From Guillardia theta CCMP2712 (taxonomy: Eukaryota > Protista > Cryptophyta), in assembly GCF_000315625.1 (NCBI RefSeq), contig NW_005434471.1, positions 8,669 through 72,668 of the forward strand: a stretch of DNA of 64,000 nucleotides, given 5' to 3'. The position numbers and the translations under genes were made by a program. The notes beneath the pieces are model-generated. The model had not been told where the DNA came from. It worked only from the letters and a program-made list of their open reading frames with translations, and did no database searches. Of this stretch, positions 1 through 12,671 are shown piece after piece. Every line of letters begins with the position of its first letter. Within the stretch, counting starts at the first letter, position 1.

Positions 1-229
1 TCTTTCTACCTCTTCACGCATGCGCTCAAGTATTGGCCTCTCAGCATCGCCTACGCTATCTGGTCAGGTGTCGGGACAACGGCGACGGCAGCAATCGGCA
101 TCATGATCTTCGGTGAGGCGCTGAGAGCAAAGCATTTCTTCGGACTCATCCTAATCATCCTTGGGGTAAGCGATGAAAGAACATGCGTACAAACTGATTT
201 GATACTAGGTTGTTTCGATGAATTTGTAA
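1..229 (+). CDS. Small multidrug resistance (SMR/EmrE-QacE family) transporter, 3' part; intron 166-208
   Basis: Frame 1 reads SFYLFTHALKYWPLSIAYAIWSGVGTTATAAIGIMIFGEALRAKHFFGLILIILG, then a GTAAG...TAG intron (43 nt), then VVSMNL*. IAYAIWSGVG matches the EmrE TM3 signature. Confidence 0.85.
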
Positions 230-318
230 ACTACTCCTGTGCAACTTTGCATGCCGTTACTCGTCAGTAAGAAAACTATTCCCGCAATGGAAAATTTAGA
301 AATTCTATTTCAAGATGT

Positions 319-3241
319 CTAGAAGATATGAGGATCGACTGGCTGACTTCTATGCGTTTTCGTCAGAATGATGCTTGTCTGCCAAAAAATAATCAGAAAA
401 CACGCATAAATCAAGCAGAAATTACCTGCTTCGTGTAACTCTGCCGGCAGATCGTCTGTGAACGACACGATTAGCACACAAAAATCAGAACATGTCTTGC
501 AAAAATTGACCTGAAGACACGACCCTGAAGGAATGTAAGCAATAACGCAGACGAATTCCAAAAACATAGTTACCCTTCTGTTTCAGTAGAGGCAGCATGA
601 CGATTTTCTTCATCCCCATTCTTTTCATGATGTTCATGTTTTGAATCTTCTGCGTCTTCAGCTTTATCCTCCTGATTTTTCTCGCTTGTCCCTCGAATGG
701 CCTCTTCTGCTCGTCGACGCGCCTCGGCAATCTGTGATGGATTTTAGCAAAGTAACTCCAAGCTACAACTACCTCCTCCTCAGCTTTCTGCCTTGCAAGA
801 GCCGCCGCCTCCTCCTGCTTCTTTCTCATCTCCTCCTCCTGAAAGAATAGATCAGATTGAAACCAGAACCTTCGACTTATAATTCAACCTCAGCTTGACG
901 CTTAGCAAGCAGTCTTGCAGCCTGGAAATAGCGAGAATAAGAAGGGAAGACTGCATTCAGTCTGACCTCTCGCTCGGCCTCCTCTTCGATCTCGATCAAG
1001 TCCTGAAGTGGCCGCGTAATGCTGTGAACATCCATCCTCTGCATAGCGTTCAGAACACAATCCAGGTTGCTGCGACAGGCTTACTTCTAGCTGCTCTCGG
1101 ATGCCAAAGAGATACTGCACGCAGTTAAGGATGAAAGGAACGAGAGTGCCACTCATGGTCTTGATCTTCATCCAAGGTCAACGATCTGCGCAGCGGAAGA
1201 TACAACACAATCTATGATACCAGGTCGACCATGTGTTTGCGATCCCCCTTGGACAAAGAAGACTCAATCTCAGCAAAGTTCGCTGCTGTCTGTTCTGCAC
1301 AGCAGCAAAGAACTTCAACTATCATGCCTGTTGCCCTGGTACCACGAGAAACCAATGGTCAGAACCAAAGTTGTTTGACATTCAGAACAAGAAACCTCTG
1401 CCTGCATGTTATCATTGCACATTCTCGAAGCTCATTCAAAGAGTCCATCAGCTGTCAAACAGCAAAGTCAAAGTAAACAAAAGTATTGATCCAAACCTTG
1501 TTGCAAAGAAGTGCCAAAGGAATAAAATTCAAGAAGATTGACGGCGGACTCATAACTCCTGTTGCATTCTCTTCGTAGCTAACCAGATTGGGTCAATCCA
1601 CAGATGGCCGTGACACTGAATAAGGTGAATTACCGAGTCTTGACAGCCTCAGGCATTGAGTTGAGCTTTTGTGCAGCCAAGGATTGTTCATATGCGTCTC
1701 GTGCTGTGATCCATCTATCAGTCCTTGCATACAGGATCTTGCAAACGATATACCGTTCGAAAGAGAGAGCTGTATAATCTCAAGCATTCTCATCTCAAAG
1801 ATTTCACCAACTGCAAAAGCATCAATGGACAAGAACAGGTGCAGAATGATGCAACAAGGCTTTGATACCTGCCGATCTAAAATCAAGTCCTTCCCTACCC
1901 AAATACGCGCCACAGTACATCACCTATTTAAAAACGTGTCAAGTTGTTTATCAACATGCATTCTTATGCTCACCTTGTCCAGCAGACTCGATATCTGACT
2001 GCACTCTTTGATTCGCGGTAGGCCCTTGTAGCTAACGATCAGGGAAAGATTACATTGTATAGCACAACCTGATTGAGGACTGAAATGAAGTTTGTGATCC
2101 TCCTGCTCGCCCATGCATAGAGAAGCCCTCCATCTGCTGATCCTTCCATCTCCTGATCAAAATAAAAGTATCCCTTGTTACTTGAAGGCTATTGAGATTG
2201 AAGCAGAGAACTCGCCTGGGATGAGGAGAAATCCAAGAAAATAGCTCGATATTGTGTGACGATCTCAAAGATATGAACCCTTACCAAGTCTTTTGACCCA
2301 TGAAAGTCGTCAGACATCCAAAAAGCAGCCATCAGTATCTCTACCTGTAATTTTGCTAAGTGATTGATAAACTGGTCCAGACTTCTCAGCTTCGTCAAAT
2401 GCTGACTGTAAGACTTATCAAACATTCAAGCAGCTTTTGAGATGTTTTCAAGACCTGAAGCCACAAGTCTCTACATTCCAAGAAAATAAAGCGAAGATCT
2501 TCTTCGCTGTGCCTACCAAGTCGTCGGAGGACACCAATCACATGCAGGCAGACTGGCAGTTGGATATGACTCTGAGATTTGACGTCATAAGCTCAAACGA
2601 TTCATTCAGACACTCTGCACCTGAAGTTTTTGCAGGAGTTGATAGAGCATGTTGTTCTCACTGCGTTCGACGGCTTGAAATAGAGATTCAATTAGGGTAT
2701 TCTCTTGATGCCGCGCTCGCAAGCGTCGGGCAAAGGCTGCCAGTTCAAGCGCTTCCTCATAATACTCATTTCTCACAGCCGTATCCATGAGCTGCGGAAC
2801 TTCCAGTACTTCAAGGAGCTGAGCATGCATCTTCCAGGTTGTTTGGGTCTGTTTTCGCAGCAAATCCACCGCCTTCGCATGTTCCTCTACTTCCTCGCAA
2901 GCTCGCTGCAGCGATGGGACATCAGCCGCCAACTCATGGAGCAGTCGCCCACTTAGTTCCAGCTCCTCCCTTACACTCCGAACGCAGACTGCTGACTGAA
3001 GAAAAGCACTGTAATTACTTACTGCGTGTGTTTCAGTGTCCTTCTTGACCGCATGGCACTCGTTTGCCAGCCGTTCTGGTTCTGCAGCCACTCTATCTAG
3101 ACCGAGAGAGAGTAGTGACAGCAGAAATCGCTCTTGCTCGTCTCTCGAGATCCAGCCTTTCCCTGATCCTCCTCCTCCCCCCGACGATGCGTCCCACGAC
3201 CCATCCAGCATGTCCATCAGCTGTGCCGTTCCGTCCGCCAT
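319..3241 (-). CDS. COG8: Conserved oligomeric Golgi complex subunit 8 (Dor1-like), multi-exon; 3' end approximate
   Basis: Exons give LLEVLEVPQLMDTAVRNEYYEEALELAAFARRL, IQLPVCLHVIGVLRRL...LRFIFLECRDLWL and HIFEIVTQYRAIF, all hallmark COG8 segments. Acidic coiled-coil tail. Confidence 0.9.
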
Positions 3242-3497
3242 GTTCTGCTGGCACCTTACTCAGGTACTACCCCCTCACCCCCCTACCCCCTCAAAATTAG
3301 CATCGTGACAACTGCACTTCGAGAGGATCACCATAGTGAGGCAGGCCTGCAACTTGCATGTCTGTGGAACCTTCCAAGCATACAGTCGGTGACATTCTCA
3401 AGTACTGAAGGTGCCGGGGTGCCCCTCATTACCTAGTAAACCGATATGTAAATCCCTGCAGTTCATGGGTATCCCACTCTCCTTGACCCGTGCCATC

Positions 3498-6450
3498 ATG
3501 GCGAGACGACGGTGCATCGTTCTCGCCATGACCGTGGCGATGGCGGTGGCGATGGCCGGTGAATCCACCACCACCAGGGAGCAGGACGAGATCAAGGACA
3601 GGCAACTTCAGCGGAACAGAGAGAGTCATATCATTTCCAGACTTGGAGGGCCCAAGTATCAGCTTGGGTCCGAAGAGCTCGACGGAGTTTGCACTTCCTT
3701 GGACGGGCCTCGTTGCGATCCAGATGAAAAGGCAAGACACCTGGCTCAGGAGCGAGCAAGAATTGCAGGCACCAACTCACGTCCAGATGGAAGCAGAAGC
3801 ACAACAGGCACGCGAGTGAAGACAGTTCAAGAGTTCAAATTCGAAAATGGGAAAGAAGTGCGCAAATCCGTGGAGAAAACTCTACACTCCGACGACTCTG
3901 AGCCATTGGTAACCATTGTGTTTTTGTCATGAACAATGTTCCCAACTTTCCTCTCGTTGCTCTCACAAGTGCTCGCATTGCACACTCATGAACTGTCGAA
4001 TCACGTCCCGTTGACCGCAGGTGATATTCAAGACCATCTCTGCTGGTGAAGACCTGAATAAAGTGATAAGCCAAGTTCAAGCAGAGATAAGTGATGCTCT
4101 CAAAGGTATCTGTGACGTGCTCTAACTCCCATTGACCCAAATGCTCAGAATTGGATGGAGACACGGCGGGGCGTGAGTCTAAAACATCGAAATCGAAAGT
4201 TCAGAATGAGCATCAGCACCAAACGCAAGAGAAATCTGTGAGCAAGCAAACAGATCAAAAGGATCAGAGAGATCTAGACACAGTGCGAGAATGTGGCCAA
4301 CACAAGACTTTGGCGGAGAGCTCGCTGAACCATGCAACCGAGGAACACATCAACATTTGCAAGCACAACAGAAAGCTTTATCGATGCACCAAGACCGATG
4401 GGAATGCTCTGGCGAATGATAGAATTGGTCTTCTCAAGGAATCGTGTCTGGACCCTACCTTCAGTGCGAAAGAATGTGACGAAGGTGATCTGAATGCTTC
4501 TTCGTGCACTAGTTGAACGTTTTTGCAGGAGAGAGGCTTTGTGAGCTTACGTCTCCTTCTTCGTTTTCTCAATTCTCTTCACCAGAGCGTGAGCAATGGT
4601 ATGATGTTTCCTCTTGTTCCTCAAGTATGCTGCAGCTTGCACGTTCGAGTACAAGCAAGGATTTGTTCCCGATGACCCCCGACAAGATATTTTCATAGCA
4701 GGTAGTACGGAAAATGATGGTGCAGCCATTGCCTTATACTATTGCAAGCTAAATGGTAAATTGCAGAGATGACTTGGGAGCAAGCAAGAGACTGGTGTAA
4801 TCGACATGATCTTTGCGCGGCTTTTACATTCGGTAGCAACATTCAACTAAAGCTCGTACTGAACGCTTGATCAGCAAACAAGCTATCCACCCCCTCAACT
4901 CCAGTTACAGTGTGGTTCAAGAAGATAACCTACACTGATCCTGTAAGAATGCTACCCGCTACCGAGATGTTGACCTCAAGTTTGTTTTAGAGAGGAAGAG
5001 GCTGGCACACATTTGTGAAGAAATGTCCCGATCCGACGGCGCGAAGATTTGACTACCTGAAGACTCTGAAGCCCCAGGCGTTGGCGTGGCTCAGACATGA
5101 GCTACTTGATCAGGTTGAAAACTTACATTCGTACTTTGCCTTCGAGTGAATTCTGTGTGCAAAAAAGATTGCGTTTGTAGACAGATTGCTTGAAGCGACC
5201 CCTTACCGGAACGGAAATGATCATGAAAAAACGCGGCAGAGATTGGAGAAAGATTTTGCACTTTCAAGAATAAAGGCGAAGCATCGGCAAATTGTAGATA
5301 AAGCACAGGTACAAACTCAATTTCCTACTTAACGATAAATTGATTGTTTCTTGTGACAGCTCTCAAACAGTGAAGATACTGATGAGGTGGAAATAGTTCT
5401 ATTCATTTCAGATCTTGTTACATTCGTTTGGTTTAGGACAAAATGTACGGAATAATTTCTCTGGATGCTGATGACGTAGAATTTTGTTGGTGGTCAACTA
5501 TGTATGATGCTTTCATGGGTTCAGATTGCCAGTTGGGAAGACGCTTACAACTTGATCAAAGATGTCCTTGCGAAGAAAGGTTTATTTCCTGAAGGAAAAC
5601 AGATTATTCTGGACGTTTGATTGCTGATTGCTCCCGATAGGAATTGGAAAGTCTGACAAAGAGATCAAAACTCTTGCAACCCATCTTTGGCAATCTATTT
5701 CTAGGTGATTTATTCCCGGTCTGAGGATTTTGATGTTGATACAAATTTCAAGCCTTGAAGGCAACGAATTTGAAGACGATGCAGCATCGTTTCAAGTTGG
5801 CCAATCGTAAGCTTCGACTTGTTCAATGCTGTTTCACATACCTAAACCGGTTTGTAGTGTAACGGCACGATGGAAAGGAGGTGATTGGTTTCCGGGCAAA
5901 ATTGAGCGAGTGAATGAAGATGGAAAGACTTACGGTACGAATCAAATTACTGTTGAGCTGCATGAAATGCTTTAGAGTTTCTACCTGTTTGAATTGCTTT
6001 CAACAGCTATTCAATTCAACGATGGAGACTTTGATGAATCCGTGCCAGTTCAAGACATCAAAGTCGCAGGTGCCACTAGCACCAGGCGGCATGGAGATGA
6101 TTGTTTCTCATCAGCGACACAGGAGGTGGTAAGAAGTCAAACCCTGACGGCGAAAAGGATCGGGGGGGAGGCAGATCAGTCGACAAGAAAGAAATGAAGC
6201 TGACCACAAGTGCTGATGCGAGATCGATGATCAAAGCGTAAGCGTTTGGTTCAAGTAGTCTCAGATTGACTTTCTAGAAGCTTGCAGAACCTGAACCCTA
6301 CAGGAGGCGTGAAACGGATTCTTCAAGGTGAAAATGCTGTTGCTGCTCTTGCTGCTTGTGTCAGGTGCTGACGATAGTTTGTAGCCCTGGAAGCCTCACT
6401 CAACGCGACGTACACGAGCAAACCGAAATGACCTGGCTGATGGGACTACA
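3498..6450 (+). CDS. Multi-exon uncharacterised protein: signal peptide, PAN/apple-like Cys domain, C-terminal Tudor-like domain (could be two genes)
   Basis: MARRRCIVLAMTVAMAVAMAG signal peptide. Spliced CTFEYKQGFV...MTWEQARDWCNRHDLCAAFTF...VWFKK...GWHTFVKKC and FQVGQSVTARWKGGDWFPGKIERVNEDGKTYAIQFNDGDFDESV. Confidence 0.6.
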
Positions 6451-6740
6451 TTATTGTTTTTATTGATTTGGAGCAGAGCACGACACTGGAAGTCAAGTCG
6501 CAACAGACCGATTGCATGAAAATTTTGGCAATAAGTCTAGTTTGGGAAGTGCACTTTGTACATAAACCAACAATATGAAATAGATTGTCAATCATAGAAA
6601 TGAAATGTCTTTTGGGCTATATTCCCTCTGTGCTCAAAACATGAGCACATCATGAATCGTATGTACAAGTTATTCATTCAATTACAAGCTGGTCATTACA
6701 CCAGAATTTACAAAATATCTAGGCTTCTAGGTTATCACTA

Positions 6741-7139
6741 TCATTTGAAAAAGGAGAGATTCAACGATGGCAGTTTTATCCTGTAAGAGTTGCTTTTGGC
6801 TACGTAACCCATCCCTTCTTCTGAGCGCTGGTAGTAATTGAAATAATAGTAAATATCCTTCTTGGCACAGCAGGTAAAAACAGTGTTCGAATTAGACAAG
6901 CATCGTTGCATCTTCAGTCCCACTTCGTCGTAAAGGCTTTGTTTCTTGACTCTCTTCGGATCCAGAAGACTTCCAGAGCCAGATCGTTTCAATGGAACTT
7001 TCCTTGAACCCCTCATGCTCCATGAGAACAATGAGTCAGGATTGCTGATTTGATTGTTATCCCTTTCCGACTCGTCTTTGGGGCTTTCAGCTGGCGAGGA
7101 GGTTCGTGATCTAGATTTGAAGCTGATCAATCGTGTCAT
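6741..7139 (-). CDS. Intronless 132 aa Ser/Lys-rich hypothetical protein
   Basis: Clean ATG-to-stop ORF (AGCATGA context) followed by an AT-rich 3' region. No recognisable domain. Confidence 0.5.
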   Translation of the reverse strand: MTRLISFKSRSRTSSPAESPKDESERDNNQISNPDSLFSWSMRGSRKVPLKRSGSGSLLDPKRVKKQSLYDEVGLKMQRCLSNSNTVFTCCAKKDIYYYFNYYQRSEEGMGYVAKSNSYRIKLPSLNLSFFK

Positions 7140-7439
7140 GCTTGAGCTAGATGAAAGTGGTCAATGTTTCTTCGATGAATGGATCTTCTGCTGTTGCCCG
7201 CGCACAATTGTTCCGCTCCTGTTTTGCGGTCGTCTCGCCCTTCTTCTTTACCCCGGGAGACTTCTAGTACCACCCGCTTTCCGATGGCCACCCTACCCCC
7301 CAGAGATGCTTTGCCTGGATGAGCATGAAGAAGCTGTGGTGGAAGAGGAGAAAAGTATCGAATAAGAGACTAAGATAAAACACCAAGGTTTCATGTCTAC
7401 CATATTCGTACAAAGCCAGTGAATTTTCAAAACATGTAA

Positions 7440-8290
7440 GGGGGTCCTTGGTAATGTTTGGACCAGGGTTCACTACTGGCCCCAGGTCACCAGTAATAAT
7501 ACACTTTACTACAGGACTGTTGACCGACCCCTTCCCTCAGCCCAATCTAGTACCACGGGGGGGTTTCACAAGGGGTCGGGAATAGACTTTCAATGCCGGT
7601 GGTGGCCCCACCCCTGCAAATGACCGCAACAGTAGTAGAGGAGTAAACTTTCGATCATGACCCGTCATATCATGTCAACTTTCATAGCTGTGAGGGGGGT
7701 GGCTAGTATACAATCATGGGGGTAGTACCGTTGCCGTATCACCCGGCGGCCATGCACCTTGTCTAGTTTGTCCTACTAGGCCCCGAGGATCAAACTGACG
7801 CGACCGAGTCTCGGTACCTCTCTATCGGCCGATTGCCGGCGGCAGCCGTCCCGGTGCTCCGATACTACTGGCCATGACGAAATGACTTCTGTGAAGATAT
7901 CAAAAAAAGTCATCAGGCGTTGACAAAAAGAATTTCAAGTTGAGTCCAGCGAGCGGAAAGTCCGTGGCATTCTTTTTTTGGTTTTTTTTTGCGGGGCCCG
8001 GACTCCGAATGGAGCTTCGGGCCAGGCTCGTGAAGGGCCGGGCCCAGGCCCGCAGGCTCGCCGTACCGGTACGATCGGCGGGCTGTGACCGTACGGTCAC
8101 GTTCCCAGTGATCGCCGGACCGTCCGATCCGGACAGTGCTAGGGTCGGTGAACTGAAAGTTCAACCGGGCCAGTCACGGCAAAGCCGCCTCCCACAGGCA
8201 GTGGGCCAACTTGCCAACTTGGCTTGCCAAGTCCTCCTCGAACTCTCGGCCGGCGGCCCCCGGACGGAGCCTAGTCCGACGATTGAACTA
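7440..8290. repeat. Degenerate intergenic repeat sequence (GGGGTA/TACCCC-rich segment then CCGG/GGCC-rich segment)
   Basis: No coherent coding signal. Same sequence texture recurs in other intergenic regions of the window. Confidence 0.5.
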
Positions 8291-8302
8291 CGCTCACCCA
8301 TT

Positions 8303-8886
8303 GTTATCATCTTCATGAGGCATGCTTATATGCTTATCGTCTCCATTCATGAGGCATGCTTGAGACTTTACTCAAAGTTAAGTTAGAAATCAGTACGAGG
8401 ACAATCCGATCAGGAGTCGGAGAGTCGAGGAGGCTTGACCCTCGGACACTGTCGCACAGGCCAAACGGCGAGAAGAGAAAAGACAGCGAGAACCAAACCC
8501 AATCCTGCCGACTGCTGTCCGGCTTAGTATCATCTTCACAAGTCACTGAGTCACGAGGCATGCTTATCATCTTCATGAGGCATGCTTATATGCTTATCAT
8601 CTTCATGAGGCATGCGGCTTATATGCTTATCATCTTCATGAGGCATGCTTATATGCTTATCATCTTCATGAGGCATGCTTATATGCTTATCATCTTCATG
8701 AGGCATGCTTATATGCTTATCATCTTCATGAGGCATGCTTATATGCTTATCATCTTCATGAGGCATGCTTATATGCTTATCATCTTCATGATGCATGCTT
8801 ATATGCTTATCATCTTCATGAGGCATGCTTATCATCTTCATGAGGCATGCTTATATGCTTATCATCTTCATGAGGCATGCTTATCA
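8303..8886. repeat. 30-bp minisatellite (ATGCTTATCATCTTCATGAGGCATGCTTAT)n, about 11 units at 8560-8886 plus about 2 at 8303-8360
   Basis: Directly visible tandem units; translates as repeated MLIIFMRHAY. Confidence 0.95.
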
Positions 8887-9038
8887 TGTCCATGCCGGAT
8901 CATTCTCTTGTGTCTTTTATCTTCCCTTGATTGATCGCACAAAGTTCTTTAAAAAAAAAATTCAAAAAAAATAAAAGTCATCCGTTACAGTCATGATGAT
9001 GTTTTTGACTGATGTTTTTTAGAGAGAGTCTCGGTGAC

Positions 9039-10403
9039 ATGCTCCCGAGGCGGCGGCCCACAGCGGGGGCCTCAAGACCAGGATGGGGAGAGAGTGGAAG
9101 ACGAAAAGGTGGATCGACAGGCTCTTTGAGTCCACAGGAGAGAAGAATGAAGGCACCGGATGAGGACAGAGAAAGCAGCTTCTCAGATAGAAAATATGGC
9201 GATGAACAGTTGAGACCCTCTTCACCGTACAACGAAGATGAAGACATGAGACTATCGTCGTTCAAGTCCCTCAGACCTTTCTCAAACTTCTTGGATGGAC
9301 AGATGAGTGATAGGTACATCCCTAATGGAATTGAAAGAGATACAAAGCAACCTCTGCTGGCAGGCAGCTCCCGCTTCAAGGAGCTGGACGAACTCTTGAT
9401 GCACAAGGATCGTGAGCTAGAGGCGAAGGACCAGAAGATTCGTAGCCTGCAAGCAGAGATCAGAGAGTACAAAGAAGAGATTCGAGCTCTTGAGCAGCAG
9501 AAAGGATCGTATCCTCGTTTCATGGACCTTCCTTCCAACATTCGCCCTGAAGATGTAGAGGATGCATTCCGGCTACGGGCGACAGCTGAGCAAGCAGCAT
9601 CTGAGGGAGCCGACATGTTGGAAAAGGCGCTTGAGAGTGAGTGAGATGAGTGTAGGTATGAACTTTCTAAGCCTGCTCCCATCAGAATTGACGATTGAAA
9701 AGTCGCGACGGCGAGAAGCAGAGGCGAGGTAGTGAGATATCGTGATGTTCGACTTGAAAGAGAGTTTCCATTGATTCAGGTTGATGAGCATGAGTGAGAG
9801 TCCCCAAGCTTCTGAGCTGCGAGCATCATACGAGCGGCTGTCGATGGAAAACAGATTTTTGAAGGAGAAGAACGACGAGCTGATGGCCCGGTCGATGAAG
9901 GCAGAGGAAGCGAACAAGTAAGCTCTTGCGTGCAAGATGAAGGTCTCTATGTCACTGAGCCATAGGAGCTCCGCCTCGACAAGTGACGAGATGTCGTCAA
10001 GCTTGGTTGACCTGCAGTGGGCGAGACGAGAGGTGTCAGAGCTAAGAGGCGTCGGGCAAGTTTTACAGCTCCAGGTATGACAACTGGGATGGAGTGAAGA
10101 CAATCAGCTGATTCTCTTCCACAGCTGGAAGAGCTCAGGTCGGCCCTGTCTGAGCAGTGCAACCACACACAGAACGCGAGACTTGAAGTCGCAAGGCTGC
10201 AGGCAGAAAACGAAATTCTCAGGAAGGAGCAAATTTCTCGGAGCATCAACTCCTTCCTTACCGTCACTCCGCATCGGACTCCTCTTTCCGCCGCTTCACA
10301 TGCGGATAGATCGTTAGAGACCAGGTCTCCTCTGAGGACCTTCTCTCCGATGGCACAAGTCGGCATCAACCGAACACGCTCAGCGATGGGCTCATTTTCA
10401 TAG
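9039..10403 (+). CDS. Multi-exon coiled-coil protein of unknown function
   Basis: ELDELLMHKDRELEAKDQKIRSLQAEIREYKEEIRALEQQ and further heptad-rich exons separated by short introns; stop TAG at 10401-10403. Confidence 0.7.
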
Positions 10404-10460
10404 ATTTCTGATTCTTTCATTTCATTACATGGATGTTAATTTTTCTTTGTTCATCTTGTT

Positions 10461-12671
10461 CTAATCTGTTATTCTCAGTGTTATTCTTGGTGTGTTAGCA
10501 ACCTTAGGTGCTTCAAGGTCTGTAGGGTCGGCATAAGCGTCGACGAACATCCAATGGACGAGGGAGCGCATGAGAGCGAAGATGGGCCATCGCTTTGCGA
10601 CAGCAGATCGAGCCTTGTTCTGTCTCTCCTTGTACATGACTCTGCTTTCAGCCGTCGACAGCTCCTGCTCCAGGTGGAACACTTCGAGCGGCTTGATTAC
10701 AATCATGATCGGAACTCCCCACCATCTGACCATCACCACGAGGCCCCGCCAGCCGTTGGCTCGCTCCTCATCTCGCTCCAAGGGAGCTTTCCTCACGGAT
10801 TCCATCGCATAGTCAAGATGGTCCTGCACCTCCAAGATCTCCAATCGTTCCGTGCACTCCCCTTGTTCTCGACCGAGGAAGGGGATGTCGGCATCATGAA
10901 GCACGGCAGGCGTGAATCTCGTTGCTCGTAAGCGGTCAAGCAGTTTTCTCCCCTGGTTCGCACTCTCAACAACAATCCGAACCGACAGGATGTTCCTGAT
11001 GTACTGCGAGTCGCTGTACCTCCCACGCGTTGTCGACGACCCTATGAAGGCGTCGAGGTTGCAAAGCTTGTCGGCCACCATGTCAAAAACTTCGTCGTCG
11101 CTCTTTTTGTATCCCGAGAATCTCAGGATTCCTCCCGATCGATCGACATCAAGGGAAGTGAGGGCTTCGTACATCACCGAGTGCGATATCAGCTTGGGCT
11201 TCTGCCAGTCGTCGGAGTGAACAAACTCCTTCTGCTTCAGCCCAACACGCTCCAAAAATGCTGAACGACCGTGAAGAGCGCGATTGAGCGATTGCATAGG
11301 CAGCACCTGCATAGATGACAGCAGGGTAGAGCCGAGCTCCTGACCCGGCATGAGCGCCCATAGTGTCTCGTCAGGCAGTGGCTCCATGATGGTAAATCTT
11401 TCCCTGCGCTGCGCTCTTCTCGTTTCACCTGTCACCACTGAGCTCCTGCTAAACTTTGAATCTCCATAGATGGTCCTTGCAAGCACTTCACAGAAGCGCA
11501 TCAGACGCGTTTCTCCTCGCACCATCGCACGACGGAAACCTTGTCGCACCTCAATGAGTTCCTGTCAAACTGTCAGCATCTTCAACACAACTTACTGCAT
11601 AACAATGCTCACGTGTTTTGAAAACTCAATACTGTGAGCTTGGAAGGGCAATTGCATTAGAAGTTTTCGCTTTTGCTCTAATCGCAACAAGATCTTTTCG
11701 ATCGAAGGCTCCAGATCTTGAGTAAACATCTTGAGAGCAGAACCATCTTGTCTCTCCCCGTAATGGACCCACTCTAAAAGCTCGTCCTCGTCGTTGCTCG
11801 AGCTTTCTCGCCTTCCTTGCAGCATCTTGTGTAACTCAGTCTCGAGTCCACCGTTACATCCGCCCACGGGAAAGATACAAGGGATGCGAAAGAACTCCTC
11901 CTTGTCGACCGCTGCAGCATCATGAGATGCAGCAGCCGAGACCTTCACTTTGCCGCACAGCAGTCTGTTCTTGCACCTCCGTATCGAGATTAGCGTCCCT
12001 TGAACTAGCATCCCGTCCTCCCTCTGACCATAAACGATCTGACCCGGACGGAAACGAATCGATGGATGGTTACGAAGCAGATTGACCTCTTCCAGCTTGT
12101 CACGAAACCACCTTGCCTGCTTGGCCATGGTCTCTCTTGTTCCAGGATGGCTATAAGCCTCTTGTCTCAGAGTTCCCTTGAACCTCTCTACCCGCAATTC
12201 TCCTTCCTGGCGAATCTTTCCGTCGCTCAGCGACCCCTCCCTGAACTTTGTACCAGAGACTGAGGAGCAAACAGACCCAGCAGCAGATTGACGTTTCTCT
12301 TGCACCTTTGACTGCCGACCAAACCCCTTTCTATGAGCGATCAGCCCAGAGACTTCCATCTCCTCGTTCGGTTGCTGTACATCACTGAGCTCCACATATT
12401 TGCATGCGCATCTCAGCCCCCCAAGGATTTTTTGCCGTTGTTTTCTCTGCAAACTATCTGATTGCTTGTGGTATGTGAGAGAGCACAGCTTCTCTCGTGT
12501 TTCCCCTGCCTGCTTCCCCAGCCTCGCCCCCCACGCCGTGTATGGACGTCGTGTGGCGCCCCCCAGAACAGGAGGGGCAGGACGAAAGGCTTGTGAGCAT
12601 TTGGAGAGGCAGAGGCACAGCAACAAGATCCATTTAAAAACATTGCTAGCGTCCCTCTTGATGCATCCCAT
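10461..12671 (-). CDS. Plastid-targeted protein with degenerate RelA/SpoT synthetase-like domain (2 exons, intron near 11.57-11.61 kb)
   Basis: Signal peptide ending CSQA-F then a Pro/Arg-rich transit-like segment. C-terminal motifs IRNILSVRIVVE, VQDHL, ANGWRGLVVMV, PIMIVIKP, ESRVMYKE occur in RelA SYNTH order. Confidence 0.7.

Noticed and set aside
8560-8886. CRISPR array or repeat protein (MLIIFMRHAY)n
   Set aside because: Units are head-to-tail with no unique spacers, there are no cas genes and the context is eukaryotic. The ORF is a by-product of a stop-free 30-bp unit.
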